Shown here: positions 37,585 to 48,572 of the stretch, in pieces
Numbering within the stretch: position 1 is the stretch's first letter
Layout: every line of letters starts with the position of its first letter
NCBI GenBank assembly: GCA_965223155.1
Contig: CBDCVR010000014.1
Coordinates: 768,001 to 832,000, forward strand
Origin: Candidatus Multivoradales bacterium
GTDB lineage: Bacteria > Acidobacteriota > Thermoanaerobaculia > Multivoradales > JAHEKO01
Length of the DNA stretch: 64,000 nt
Reading direction: 5' to 3'
Made by a program: the position numbers and the translations under genes
The notes under the pieces: model-generated
What the model was told of the DNA's origin: nothing
The model's input: only the letters and a program-made list of their open reading frames with translations
The model's database searches: none

Positions 37585-39156
37585 CTAGATCGAGAGCCGG
37601 TCGACCCGACGCCGGCGCGAGAGCATGAGGTCGAAAATCCAGCGACTGACGAAAATCGCGGTAAAGAGGGAGGCCAGGATTCCCACCGACAGGGTGACCG
37701 CGAAACCCCGGATCGGCCCGGTGCCGAACTGGAACAAAAACAGGGCCGCGATCAGGGTGGTGATGTTGGCATCCAGCACCGAGGACAGCGCTTTGCCGAA
37801 GCCGGCGTCGATGGCCGAGCGCACGGTGCGGCCGTGACGGAGTTCTTCCCGGATGCGCTCGAAGACCAGAACGTTGGCATCGACGGCCATACCGATGGTA
37901 AGGACGATTCCGGCGATTCCGGGCAAGGTCAACGTAGCGCCAAAGTAAGCGAGAGCCGCGAAGATCAACACGATGTTGAGCGACAGCGCCAGTACCGCGT
38001 TGATGCCCGTGCCCTTGTAGACGACAAACATCGCCAGGATCACCAGTCCCATGCCGAGCAAGCCGGCCTTGAGTCCCTGATCGATCGAGTCCTGGCCGAG
38101 AAACGGCCCGACCGTGCGCTCCTCGAGGTAGGTGATGCCGGCTGGCAAGGCACCTGAGCGCAGCACGGTCGAAAGGTCTTCGACCTCCTGCCGCGTGTAG
38201 GAGCCTTCAATGATGCCGCTGTCCCCGATCTGCGCCCGAATCGTAGGCGCCGATTGGATCTTGCCGTCGAGGACGATGGCCAGGCCGCGGCCGATGTTCT
38301 GGCCGGTCACTTCCGAGAACCGCTCGCCGCCCTCGTGGGTCAGGAAGAAATTGACGATCGGCTGATTGAACTCGCCCAGAGCGGGGCGGGCGTTCTTGAG
38401 ATCGCGCCCGGTGATGACCGAGCTCGCCTGCACGGCGTAGTACTCATCGGCAATGGTCCGGCCTTCGGAATCCCGCACCGGCGTGGGCAGGATCTCGAGG
38501 TTCGGGGGCAGCGTGCCGCCGTAGTTGGCCAGGATCTCCTCCCGGCTGGCGGCGGGACCGCCGGTCGGGTACTCCACCAAGCGGAAGTCGAGGAAGGCCG
38601 TGTTCTTGATCAACCCCTTGACCCGCTCGGGGTCTTCGACTCCGGGCAGCTGCACCACGATCCGATCACCCTCGAGGCCCTGGCGCTGAATGATGGGCTC
38701 GCTCACGCCAAACGCGTCGATTCGGTTGCGAATGGTCTCGAGTGCCTGCTTGACGGCCAGGTTTCGGATCTCGTTGGCGTTCTGGGCCTTCATTGCGAAG
38801 GACAGGCCCGCGCCGCTGCGCTGCCAGTTCCAGCCAGGAAGAAATTCGTTGACCGCCTCGGTCACGTCCTCGTCGTAGCTCGCCGGCACCCCCAGCACTT
38901 CGAACGACGTGGAATCGGCGACCGTGGCGCTGGCGCCGGCCGCACCCGCCTCGCGCAGCTCCTGCACCAGGCGCGCCTGGTCCTTGTCGGTCTCGGAGCG
39001 CAGAGCGTCTTCGGTCTTGACCTCCAAGACGAGGTGGATGCCGCCGCGCAGATCCAAACCCAGCTTGATCTTCTCGCGCAATGGATGAGCCACCAGGACG
39101 CTGCCCAGCACGATCGCACCGATCAGAAGTCCCTTCCAGAGCAGTCCGCGCTTCAT
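37585..39156 (-). CDS. secD: Protein translocase subunit SecD
   Basis: LGLDLRGG, IRNRIDAFGVSEP, IVVQLPG, LAIVLDG, LRSGALP, TLPGIAGIVLTIGMAVDANVLVFERIREE, GPIRGFA. Confidence 0.97.
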   Translation of the reverse strand: MKRGLLWKGLLIGAIVLGSVLVAHPLREKIKLGLDLRGGIHLVLEVKTEDALRSETDKDQARLVQELREAGAAGASATVADSTSFEVLGVPASYDEDVTEAVNEFLPGWNWQRSGAGLSFAMKAQNANEIRNLAVKQALETIRNRIDAFGVSEPIIQRQGLEGDRIVVQLPGVEDPERVKGLIKNTAFLDFRLVEYPTGGPAASREEILANYGGTLPPNLEILPTPVRDSEGRTIADEYYAVQASSVITGRDLKNARPALGEFNQPIVNFFLTHEGGERFSEVTGQNIGRGLAIVLDGKIQSAPTIRAQIGDSGIIEGSYTRQEVEDLSTVLRSGALPAGITYLEERTVGPFLGQDSIDQGLKAGLLGMGLVILAMFVVYKGTGINAVLALSLNIVLIFAALAYFGATLTLPGIAGIVLTIGMAVDANVLVFERIREELRHGRTVRSAIDAGFGKALSSVLDANITTLIAALFLFQFGTGPIRGFAVTLSVGILASLFTAIFVSRWIFDLMLSRRRRVDRLSI

Positions 39157-39473
39157 CAGGTCCGCTCCTCCTGGCCCTGGAGTCCGGCAACCGCCGACTT
39201 GGAGACCTTGATCCGCACGTTGTCCGCGACCTTGAGGACAACGACACCTTCTTGAACGGCCACCACCTCGCCGTGAAGGCCGCCATTGGTGATTACCTTG
39301 GCGCCCTTCTCGAGGCCGTCGACGAGCTGTTGCAAGGCCTTCTGGCGCTTGCGCATCGGCGCGATCAAGAGCAAATAGAAAATGCCGAAGATGATCAGGA
39401 TCGGCACCAACTGGACGAAGGCACTGGGCTGGCCTGAGGCCTGGGCGAAGGCGAGCAACAAGGTATCCGTCAT
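39156..39473 (-). CDS. yajC: Preprotein translocase subunit YajC
   Basis: IFYLLLIAPMRKRQK...LEKGAKVITNGGLHG; lies between tgt and secD. Confidence 0.95.
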   Translation of the reverse strand: MTDTLLLAFAQASGQPSAFVQLVPILIIFGIFYLLLIAPMRKRQKALQQLVDGLEKGAKVITNGGLHGEVVAVQEGVVVLKVADNVRIKVSKSAVAGLQGQEERT

Positions 39474-39495
39474 CAATCCGTGTCAGCGGGCCGAG

Positions 39496-40683
39496 TCAGC
39501 GGGGTCGTTCGGGGGGGTCGTCGCCAGCGTAGACCGTAGCGAAGTTCTTCGCCCAGGACGCCGTCGTTCCGGACGCGATAGCTTTCCTGAGATCCGCCAT
39601 AAAGTCAAGAAAGAAGCGGACATTGTGGAGTGTCGCCAGGACCAGTCCGGTCGCCTCGCCGCTGCGGATCAAGTGGTGGAGAAGCGCCCGCGGGACTTGC
39701 TTGCAGCCCGGACAGGAACACTCGCCGTCCACCGGCCGCGAATCGCGCCCGTAGCGCGAGTTCTTGATCCTGAGCGGCCCCTTGTGGGTAAAGAGAAACC
39801 CGTGGCGGGCGTTCCGGGAAGGCAGCACACAGTCGAAGACGTCCACCCCCGAGCGCACCGCGTGGAGAATGTCCTCCGGCGTTCCAACGCCCATCAGATA
39901 GCGGGGCTTGGCGGCGGGCAGCAGCGACGGCGTCGAGGCGACGACGCTGCGCCGCTCCTCGAGCGACTCCCCCACGCTCACCCCGCCGATGGCATAGCCC
40001 GGGAAGTCGAGGGCCGCGAGCTCGCTTGCTCCGCGCTCGCGCAGGGCCGGAAAGACTCCGCCCTGGACGATGGCGAAGAGCTGCGTGGCGCCCTCGCGCC
40101 ATGCCTCCCGGGCTCGGCGAGCCCATCGGTTGGTCCGGTCCAGGGCTTGGGCGACCTCTGACTCGGTCGCTGTCGGAGGCGGACATTCGTCGAGCATCAT
40201 GGCGATGTCCACGCCCATCCGCTCCTGGTCGCGAACGACGCTTTCCGGTGTGAAACGCAGCGCCGCCCCGTCGACGTGGCTCTGAAAGGACACCCCGTCC
40301 TCGTCAAGGGTCCGAAGCCTCGACAGGCTGAAGACCTGATAGCCGCCGCTATCGGTGAGGATCGGGCGCCGCCAGCCAGTGAACGGGTGGAGCCCACCGA
40401 GGGCTTCGATGCGGTCGATTCCGGGCCGTAGCGACAGATGGTAGAGGTTCGCCAGCATGACCTGAGCGCCGAGGCGCTCAAGGGCGTCGGGCGATATCCC
40501 CTTGACCGCACCCGCCGTACCGACCGGAAAGAACACAGGGGTCTCGACCACCCCGTGGGCGAGCTCCAGCCGGCCCGTCCGGGCCAGCCCGTCAGTGGCC
40601 GTTATTCGGAAGCGCCCGGGCCGGGGCGGCTCCGGTCGCTCCGCGCCAGACCGGCTTGAGCCCGAGGAAACGGTCGTGGACAT
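39496..40683 (-). CDS. tgt: tRNA guanosine(34) transglycosylase
   Basis: TPVFFPVGT, ILTDSGGYQVFSL, DECPP, IVQGG, AIGGVSVGE, PRYLMGVG, FDCVLPSRNAR, CSCPGC...HN zinc site. Confidence 0.97.
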   Translation of the reverse strand: MSTTVSSGSSRSGAERPEPPRPGRFRITATDGLARTGRLELAHGVVETPVFFPVGTAGAVKGISPDALERLGAQVMLANLYHLSLRPGIDRIEALGGLHPFTGWRRPILTDSGGYQVFSLSRLRTLDEDGVSFQSHVDGAALRFTPESVVRDQERMGVDIAMMLDECPPPTATESEVAQALDRTNRWARRAREAWREGATQLFAIVQGGVFPALRERGASELAALDFPGYAIGGVSVGESLEERRSVVASTPSLLPAAKPRYLMGVGTPEDILHAVRSGVDVFDCVLPSRNARHGFLFTHKGPLRIKNSRYGRDSRPVDGECSCPGCKQVPRALLHHLIRSGEATGLVLATLHNVRFFLDFMADLRKAIASGTTASWAKNFATVYAGDDPPERPR

Positions 40684-40713
40684 CGCTTCTCGAGGCCGGA
40701 GAAGTCCGCGAGC

Positions 40714-41559
40714 TCAGCGTGAGCCCGAACGGCCTTCCAACTCGACCAAGCGCACGTTCACTCCGTCCGGAAGAACCAGTTCGAAGCGGCCTTCGGGCAG
40801 GCTCTGGTTCATCCGCAGGTCGCTGAACCGATACTCGGTCAGATCGCCGTCGCCCTCGACGTAGCGCAAGCGCACGGGCAGGAAGTACTCTGGGTGAAGC
40901 CAGAGGTCCATACTGGCGAGCCGCTTTGCGACCTGTTCGAATCGAGGCAAGAGCTCGAGGTGCAGGGGATCGCCCTCGGCGGCGGGCATGTGGAGCGAGA
41001 CCGAAAAGTATTCGAGCAAGGTATCCAGCGAGGTGCTCGCTCCGAGGTAGCGCAGGACCTGGTCCGAGCGCTTGCCGACGCTCGCCCGCTCGACCTGTCC
41101 CATGTCCCGGTACCAGGTCGTCATCACGCGATCTCTGATGACCAGCGAGATCGGCTCCGGCTCGACGTAGTCCCAGCGAACCTGATCGGGAGACCGGTAG
41201 ACAAAGAAGCCGCTCGACTCGCTGGTCCCGACCAGGAGCTGGCTTTCCTTGATCTGCACGAACTGGGATTCCAGGGTCTCGAGCGATGCATGGACCGCGC
41301 GCACAGTCTCGACCAGCGCATCCAGACGCTGGGTTGCCGACAGGCTCGAATCCAGAATCTCCTCGCGTCGATCCGTATCGACCGCAGGCGCCGCCCTGAG
41401 CGCGCCGCCGGCAACGAACGAGCCGGCCACGATCAACATTGAGACCATGACACCAACCGACGGGTCGAAGGAGGACCGTCGGCGCGGTGAGGCGGCGTTG
41501 CCTGCCTTCTTCCCGTGTGGGATCTGGTCGGCGGCGGCTTCGGAGTGGGAATCGTTCAT
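40714..41559 (-). CDS. lolA: Outer-membrane lipoprotein carrier protein LolA family
   Basis: LESQFVQIK...SSGFFVYRSPDQVRWDYVEPEP...TEYRFSDLRMN...RFELVLPDGV; signal-like hydrophobic segment. Confidence 0.8.
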   Translation of the reverse strand: MNDSHSEAAADQIPHGKKAGNAASPRRRSSFDPSVGVMVSMLIVAGSFVAGGALRAAPAVDTDRREEILDSSLSATQRLDALVETVRAVHASLETLESQFVQIKESQLLVGTSESSGFFVYRSPDQVRWDYVEPEPISLVIRDRVMTTWYRDMGQVERASVGKRSDQVLRYLGASTSLDTLLEYFSVSLHMPAAEGDPLHLELLPRFEQVAKRLASMDLWLHPEYFLPVRLRYVEGDGDLTEYRFSDLRMNQSLPEGRFELVLPDGVNVRLVELEGRSGSR

Positions 41560-42055
41560 CGTATGGATCTACCTGGCGGGTCGCTTGGTCAGATCGAACC
41601 GGGATCTCGTACGGAGCGTGGCGCGGAGTCGCGCACCTGTAAGGAACTGCAAGAGCCGGACCCACCCCTCTGGAACCGATCTGTCCGGGCTGAAGCGGGT
41701 CGAGCCCCACCGGAGCCGGCCCCGGCCACATGCCCGACCCATTTCCACCTACCAATCTGATCCCGAATCCGGACTCTCTCGCCTCACCCCCCGCCTGGCT
41801 CCGTTCCCACCAGCACTTCCGGCGTGCCGGGCCGTCCGATCCTAGACGACCGCCGGCACCAAGGCAAACGGGCCTTGAAGACCGAGATTAGACAAAAATT
41901 CGGTGCATCTGAGCGCTCGGGGGAAAAATCGGCGCGCCCCGCCACTTTCCAGGCGCTGTTTCGAAGCCGGCGACCCTCCCGGATCAAATCCATTTTCTTC
42001 TTGTTTCGAGGCTGGTTAGCTCGCACTTCCCAGGCCGCCCTGGAGCCCGCGCCAA

Positions 42056-42072
42056 CTGGCACAAACCGTGCT
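42056..42072 (+). promoter_or_regulatory. Putative sigma54 (-24/-12) promoter
   Basis: CTGGCACAAACCGTGCT = TGGCAC-N5-GTGCT with exact GG-N10-GC spacing; one mismatch to TTGC; AT-rich tract upstream. Confidence 0.6.
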
Positions 42073-42116
42073 CTTTCAGCCAATCGTTCGCGCATTTTCC
42101 GAAAGCAGGCACAACC

Positions 42117-42176
42117 ATGATTGAAGACCTTATCGACCTTCTGCTTCAGATCGAAGGCTTTCTCTGGTCCGACTGA
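42117..42176 (+). CDS. Putative 19-aa micro-protein MIEDLIDLLLQIEGFLWSD
   Basis: ATG 44 nt after the -12 element, purine-rich GAAAGCAGG 7 nt upstream, followed by a hairpin at 42190-42215. Could instead be part of an sRNA. Confidence 0.4.
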   Translation: MIEDLIDLLLQIEGFLWSD

Positions 42177-42285
42177 CGGTCCGGCCCTCCGGAAGCAGCA
42201 CCCCTTGTTGCTCCGACAGGCGCTACGGCACCCACGAAGGCCCGGGACGCCGCCGCCAGGCTCCAGACCGCGAACCGAATCTTTC

Positions 42286-42314
42286 TTGACACCCCCAGGG
42301 GCCGATGCTAGCTT
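42286..42314 (+). promoter_or_regulatory. Strong sigma70-type promoter with extended -10
   Basis: TTGACA (42286-42291), 17-nt spacer, TGc-TAGCTT (42309-42314), upstream of the FYDLN-type gene. Confidence 0.75.
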
Positions 42315-42341
42315 CCCGCCCCACAAAAGGGAGCGGGCAGA

Positions 42342-42491
42342 ATGGCGACAGAAGTAGATCTCGGAACGAAACACGAGTGCGAGAACTGCAGCACCAAGTA
42401 CTACGACTTGGGCAAGTCAGAGCCCGTCTGTCCTCAGTGCGGAGCCGGCCTCGACGGTGAAGAGCCGGCCGCTGACGACGAAAACGAATAG
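42342..42491 (+). CDS. FYDLN-acid (TIGR02300-like) small zinc-ribbon protein, 49 aa (not in the ORF track)
   Basis: [49 protein letters not shown]: LGTK-CxxC-YYDL-CPxCG plus acidic tail; AAGGGAG RBS. Confidence 0.88.
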   Translation: MATEVDLGTKHECENCSTKYYDLGKSEPVCPQCGAGLDGEEPAADDENE

Positions 42492-42705
42492 TCAATCGGG
42501 CCGCTCGAACCGAGCTGAGCGCCCCCACGCGGCGTAGTCCGGCACGGCACCCGGCGCCGGCGTCCGGCCAGAGCCATAGGCGTCAGCGGAGCCAGGCGGC
42601 CTGAGAATCCCTGTCGTCTCCGCGGCGCGCTCCCCCCCGGGCCGAGCCCGCGACCCGACCGAGCAAGTTGCAACGGCAGGCGGCGTTGACTAGGGTCGAT
42701 CGGAC

Positions 42706-43956
<1,251 letters not shown>

Positions 43957-43983
43957 CCCTGCCGGAAACCAGCGGAGAGCGAC

Positions 43984-45207
43984 GTGGCTGACCCGGCAAG
44001 CGCCAAGGGCGTAGCCGCCTCGTACCGTGATCCCATCCACGGGTTTATCCACGCCGACGAGCTGGAGCACGCCCTCATTAACAGCGCGCCCGTCCAGCGC
44101 TTGCGCTCGATCCGGCAGCTCGGGTTCTCCTACCTGGTCTTCCCCGGCGCCGAGCACAGCCGATTTAGCCATGTGCTCGGTGCCATGCATCTGGCCGGAC
44201 GCGTCTACGATGCGCTAGCGCTCAAGGCGCCGGACCTCCTCGAGGCCGGTTCCACCGCCCAGGACCGCCGGCTCGTGCGCCTCGCGGCGCTGCTCCACGA
44301 TGTCGGCCACGCGCCTTTCAGCCACTCTGCCGAAGATCTCTTCGAAGATGGCATCGATCACGAGGAGATGACCCGCCGCATCTTACGGGCCGGGCCCCTG
44401 CGCGAGCTCTTCGAGCGCCATGGAGCCGGCCTCGAGACCGAAGCGGTCGCCGAGCTTCTGGCCAAACCGTCGCACCCGCGCAAGCGCCTCCTGGCGCAGG
44501 TGATCTCGGGCGAGCTGGACGTTGACAAGATGGACTACCTGCTGCGCGACAGCCTCTACTGCGGCGTTCGCTACGGCCACTACGACCTGGACCGGCTGCT
44601 CGAAACCTTCGAGCCGATCCGGGACCCCGAGACTGGCGACTGGGGGCTGGGCGTCCACGAAGGCGGCGTACACGCGGTCGAAGCCCTGGTGATGGCCCGC
44701 TACTACATGTTTACCCAGGTCTATTTCAACACCACCGGCAAGGCCCTGGAGCTGCATTTCAACGATTGGCTGCGCGAGCGTGGCCTGCGCTGGCCGTCCG
44801 CTCCCGAGCGCTTTCTGGCCCACGACGACGTCTCCACCCTGGCGCGGATGCGAGACAGCGACAGCCCGCACGCCCGGGCGGTGACCTCGCGCGCGTACTA
44901 CCCGCTGGCCTTCGAGACTCAGGAGCACCTGAGCCGCGATGAGAAGGTGGCCTTCCGCGAGGTCCTCGACGCGATGCGGCGGCGCTTCGGAGCCCAGGAG
45001 CTCCTGGTGTCGAACTCGGCCAAGGATCCGCACCGGCTGGGCCAGGCCCGGGTCCTGGTACGGCACTCGGACGGCAAGCTGCGGCCGATGGAAGACTCGA
45101 GCCAGTTCATCCGGCACCTGTCCCGCATCGACCGGTACCGCATCTACACCAAGCCCGATATGCGGGCCTCGGTCGCGGCGGCGTTCGCCGAGGCCTGGCA
45201 ATACTAG
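43984..45207 (+). CDS. HD-domain phosphohydrolase (SAMHD1-like dNTP triphosphohydrolase family)
   Basis: RDPIHG, QRLRSIRQLG, FPGAEHSRFSH, LLHDVGHAPFSH, LDVDKMDYLLRDS, ARYYMFTQVY. Confidence 0.9.
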   Translation: MADPASAKGVAASYRDPIHGFIHADELEHALINSAPVQRLRSIRQLGFSYLVFPGAEHSRFSHVLGAMHLAGRVYDALALKAPDLLEAGSTAQDRRLVRLAALLHDVGHAPFSHSAEDLFEDGIDHEEMTRRILRAGPLRELFERHGAGLETEAVAELLAKPSHPRKRLLAQVISGELDVDKMDYLLRDSLYCGVRYGHYDLDRLLETFEPIRDPETGDWGLGVHEGGVHAVEALVMARYYMFTQVYFNTTGKALELHFNDWLRERGLRWPSAPERFLAHDDVSTLARMRDSDSPHARAVTSRAYYPLAFETQEHLSRDEKVAFREVLDAMRRRFGAQELLVSNSAKDPHRLGQARVLVRHSDGKLRPMEDSSQFIRHLSRIDRYRIYTKPDMRASVAAAFAEAWQY

Positions 45208-45336
45208 CCGGCCGTTTCTCGCCGAGGTTCCGCCGGGAGCTTGCGGTCAAGAACCGGCTGCGAAGCGCGGGTGGGTCCCGGCTCCTCAGGGAGCTTCACG
45301 GGGAACCGTGCGGCGATGTCCGCTGAGAGGGCAGGT

Positions 45337-45807
45337 CTAGCCGCCCGGCGGTTCCGCGAACAGGGCTTCGAGCCGATCGAGAGCCGAGCTCCAGCGCACC
45401 CGGCAAAGCTCCCAAGCGGTAGTGCAGACCGACAGGGGAAGCTCGTGAAAGCCTTCCTGCAAGACGTCCACTCGCGTACTCGCCGCGTCCTCCTGGAGGC
45501 GCACCGTCAGGCGGGTGCTGCCATCCCAGCCGCGGTGGGCTAGACGGACACCGGCGACGAAGCCGTGCGGTGGACGCCAGTCGGCAATCGTTCCGAGCTC
45601 ACGGAGCACCTCCCCGCCGGGCAAGGTCGAGACGATGGCAAGCGAGCCTCCGGCGCGCCCGTCCAGCTCGACCTCGTCTCCGAGCCAGGTCCGGGCCCGG
45701 GCCGCCTCGCTCCACGAGCGCCAGACCTCGGCCAGGTCCGCGCCGACGATCACGTCCCGGCGCAACTGGACCCCCGGAATGTCTCCCTCCCGGATCGGCC
45801 AGATCAC
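45337..45807 (-). CDS. SRPBCC (Aha1-like) domain protein
   Basis: LRRDVIVGADLAEVWRSWSE...TWLG...LDGRAGG...TRVDVLQEGF...WSSALDRLE. Confidence 0.8.
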   Translation of the reverse strand: MIWPIREGDIPGVQLRRDVIVGADLAEVWRSWSEAARARTWLGDEVELDGRAGGSLAIVSTLPGGEVLRELGTIADWRPPHGFVAGVRLAHRGWDGSTRLTVRLQEDAASTRVDVLQEGFHELPLSVCTTAWELCRVRWSSALDRLEALFAEPPGG

Positions 45808-45817
45808 GGTATCCGCC

Positions 45818-46741
45818 TCAAGACGAGCCGTCCCCGGCGTCTCGGCCCAACAGGTCCCGTAGCGCTCCTTCGAGCTCCGGATGGCGAAACGAGAAGCCTC
45901 CCGCCAGAAGCCGCGAGGGCTCGGCGCGCTGCCCGGTCAAGACCAGGGCCGCCATCTCGCCCAGAAGAAGGCGAAGCGCCAACGCTGGCGCCGGTACAAA
46001 ACTCGGGCGCCGTAAGACCCGGCCGGCGATCGACGCCAGGCGCCGGTTGGAGACCGCGCCCGGTGCGACCAGGTTGAAGGGGCCGCGGGCGTCTTCGCTC
46101 GCCAGCAGATGCGCGATAGCCCGGACCTGATCCTCCACGTGAATCCAGGGAACCACCTGCCGCCCGGAGCCGACTGGTCCCCCGGCGAAGAGCCGGAACG
46201 GCAGCAGCATCCGGGACAGCACCCCGCCCTCGGCCGCGAGCACCACGCCGGTTCGGACGATCACTCTCCGCACCCCCAGAGGCTCGAGACCCGCGCCCGC
46301 CGCTTCCCAGTCCCGGCACACTCCGGCCAGGAAATCGTCGCCGGGACCCGATTCCTCGGTAACCGGCTCGTCATCCCGCGGACCGTAGAACCCGACCGCC
46401 GAGCCCTGGACCACGACCGCGGGGCGGCGGCTCGCCGCCTCGACGGCTTCGACCAGCGCCCGGGTCGAGCGCACGCGGCTGTCCCGAATCCGGCGCTTCC
46501 TCGCGGCGGTCCAGCGTCCCGCGCCGATGTTCTCGCCGGCCAGGTGCACGACCGCGTCGGCGGCCTCCAGATGGGGCACGAGCTCGTCCGCGGACTCGCA
46601 GTTCCAACCGACGACAGCGGCCGCGCCTGCCGGGTGCGGCTCGCCCCGCGAGGTCAGGGTCGCTTGATGACCACCGTCCGCCAGATGCCGGGCTAGCGCT
46701 TGCCCGATCAGCCCCGTTCCCCCGGTGATGAGGACCTTCAT
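45818..46741 (-). CDS. TIGR01777 family NAD(P)-dependent epimerase (YfcH-like)
   Basis: MKVLITGGTGLIG, VVHLAGENIGAGRWT, SAVGFYG, FLAGVCRDWE, GGPVGSGRQVVPWIH, GQRAEP. Confidence 0.93.
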   Translation of the reverse strand: MKVLITGGTGLIGQALARHLADGGHQATLTSRGEPHPAGAAAVVGWNCESADELVPHLEAADAVVHLAGENIGAGRWTAARKRRIRDSRVRSTRALVEAVEAASRRPAVVVQGSAVGFYGPRDDEPVTEESGPGDDFLAGVCRDWEAAGAGLEPLGVRRVIVRTGVVLAAEGGVLSRMLLPFRLFAGGPVGSGRQVVPWIHVEDQVRAIAHLLASEDARGPFNLVAPGAVSNRRLASIAGRVLRRPSFVPAPALALRLLLGEMAALVLTGQRAEPSRLLAGGFSFRHPELEGALRDLLGRDAGDGSS

Positions 46742-46760
46742 GACGGATGCGAATCCCGGC

Positions 46761-48572
46761 TCACACGGCTTCCAGCTCGGCCTCGAGCTCTTGCCGTCTG
46801 GCCAACTCAGCATACACCCCGCCCGCGGCGAGCAGCGTGTCGTGATCGCCGCTTTCCGCGATCCGGCCGGCGTCGAGCACCAGGATGCGGTCGGCGGCGC
46901 GCACCGCCGAGACCCGGTGCGAAACAACCACCACGGTGCGGCCGGCGAAGACCGACCGCAGGTTGCTCAGAATCATCTCTTCGGTATCGGCATCGACCGC
47001 CGACAGGCAGTCGTCCAAGAGCAGCAACCGCGGCTCGCGGATGAGGGCTCGGGCCAGAGCGACGCGCTGCTTCTGGCCGCCCGAAAGCGTAACTCCGCGC
47101 TCGCCCACCACGGTCTCGAGCCCTTGGGGCAGGAACTCCAGATCGGCGGCCAAACCGGCGAGCTCGACCGCCCGCGCAACGCCGGCCGCGACCGGCGCCG
47201 GGGCGTCATCGGGGCCATCAGAGCCAACGGAGCCAGGCGCCGCCCGTACCGCTGAACCGCCCATAGCGACGTTGGCGGCGACCGTGGTCGAGAACAGGAA
47301 GGCTTCCTGCGGCACCACCGCGCACGCGCTGCGCAGCGACGCCAGCGGAATCGAGCGCACGTCGGCGCCTCCCACGAAGACCGCTCCCCGGGGCGGGTCA
47401 ACCAAGCGCACGAGAGTCGAGAGCAGAGTGCTCTTGCCGCTACCGGTGCGGCCCACAATCCCCAGGGTGCCGCCGGACGCGAGCTCGAAGGAGATTCCCT
47501 GGAGCGCCGGCTCGGTGGCGTCGGGATAGGAGAAGGAGAGATCGCGAACGGCCAGGCTGGTCGAAGAAAGCTCCACCCCGGCGACGCTCTCGGGGTCGTC
47601 CGCGATCGCCGGTGGCGTGGTCAGGATCTCCTCGATGCGGCCCATCGAAGCCGATCCGCGCTGCACGAGGTTGATAACCCAGCCGATCGCGATCATCGGC
47701 CAGACCAGCATCGCCAGAAAGAACTGGAAGCTGACGAACTCACCAACCGAGATCCGATCGGTGAGCACCAGACGTCCGCCGTAGACCAGGACCGCGACGA
47801 AGCCGACGCCCACCAGGAGCTGGAGCAAGGGGTGGAAGGCGGCGGTCCAGCGGATGAGCCGGGTATTGCGCTCGACGTAGATCTCGTTGATGCCGTCGAA
47901 GCGGGCGAGCTCCGAGTCCTCCATGGCATGGGCCCGCACCACGCGCGCTCCGGCGAGGTTCTCCTGAACCCTCGTCGATAGGGCGGCGAACTGTTCCTGC
48001 ACTTCCTCGAACAGATGATGGATGCGCTGACCGAAGACCTGGGTCGTCAACGCCACCAGCGGCATCGAGGACAGGGCCAGCACGGTCAGGCGCCAGTCGA
48101 TCCGGACCATGAAGAGCAGAGCGCCGGCGGCGGTCAGAACCGTCGAGGTCGAGTACATGATCGCCGGCCCGCACAGCATGCGCACGGCCTGGAGGTCGTT
48201 GGTGGCACGCGCCATGAGATCGCCGGTGTAGCGCTCCTGATAGAAGGACAGGGGCATGCGTTCCAAGTGCTCGAAGTAGTCGTTCCGCAGCTCGTACTCG
48301 ATGTCCCTGCTGAGCGAAACCAGGATCATGCGCTGGGCGAAGCCGAAGACACCCTGCACCGCGGTCACGGCGACCAGGGCGGCGCCGTAGGCCAGAAGCG
48401 TCGCCGGAGACGTCGTGCGCACGAACTCGTCGACCGCCCGGCCGATGATGAGGGGCGCCAGCAGCGCCAGACCGACCGCGGCCGCGATCGCCAGCAAGCC
48501 TCCAACGAGCTTGCCCGGATGGCGCCGGAAGTGCGCGCGCAGCCGGCCGAGCTTGCCGAGGGCGCGGATCAT
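46761..48572 (-). CDS. ABC exporter, fused TMD-NBD (MdlA/YheI-like half with degenerate Walker B)
   Basis: Six TM, TGDLMARATNDL, GRTGSGKST, LSGGQKQR, LLLDDCLSAVD; ATG 48572 overlaps the trmB stop. Confidence 0.93.
   Translation of the reverse strand: MIRALGKLGRLRAHFRRHPGKLVGGLLAIAAAVGLALLAPLIIGRAVDEFVRTTSPATLLAYGAALVAVTAVQGVFGFAQRMILVSLSRDIEYELRNDYFEHLERMPLSFYQERYTGDLMARATNDLQAVRMLCGPAIMYSTSTVLTAAGALLFMVRIDWRLTVLALSSMPLVALTTQVFGQRIHHLFEEVQEQFAALSTRVQENLAGARVVRAHAMEDSELARFDGINEIYVERNTRLIRWTAAFHPLLQLLVGVGFVAVLVYGGRLVLTDRISVGEFVSFQFFLAMLVWPMIAIGWVINLVQRGSASMGRIEEILTTPPAIADDPESVAGVELSSTSLAVRDLSFSYPDATEPALQGISFELASGGTLGIVGRTGSGKSTLLSTLVRLVDPPRGAVFVGGADVRSIPLASLRSACAVVPQEAFLFSTTVAANVAMGGSAVRAAPGSVGSDGPDDAPAPVAAGVARAVELAGLAADLEFLPQGLETVVGERGVTLSGGQKQRVALARALIREPRLLLLDDCLSAVDADTEEMILSNLRSVFAGRTVVVVSHRVSAVRAADRILVLDAGRIAESGDHDTLLAAGGVYAELARRQELEAELEAV

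Noticed and set aside
41982-41996. Exact IHF site (GATCAAATCCATTT)
   Set aside because: Spacing is one base off the WATCAA-N4-TTR consensus; kept only as a generic AT-rich tract.
41784-42374. 196-aa minus-strand ORF (and 41824..42120, 42121..42357) across the intergenic gap
   Set aside because: Atypical composition, no motifs, and overlap with clear promoter elements and the FYDLN gene start.
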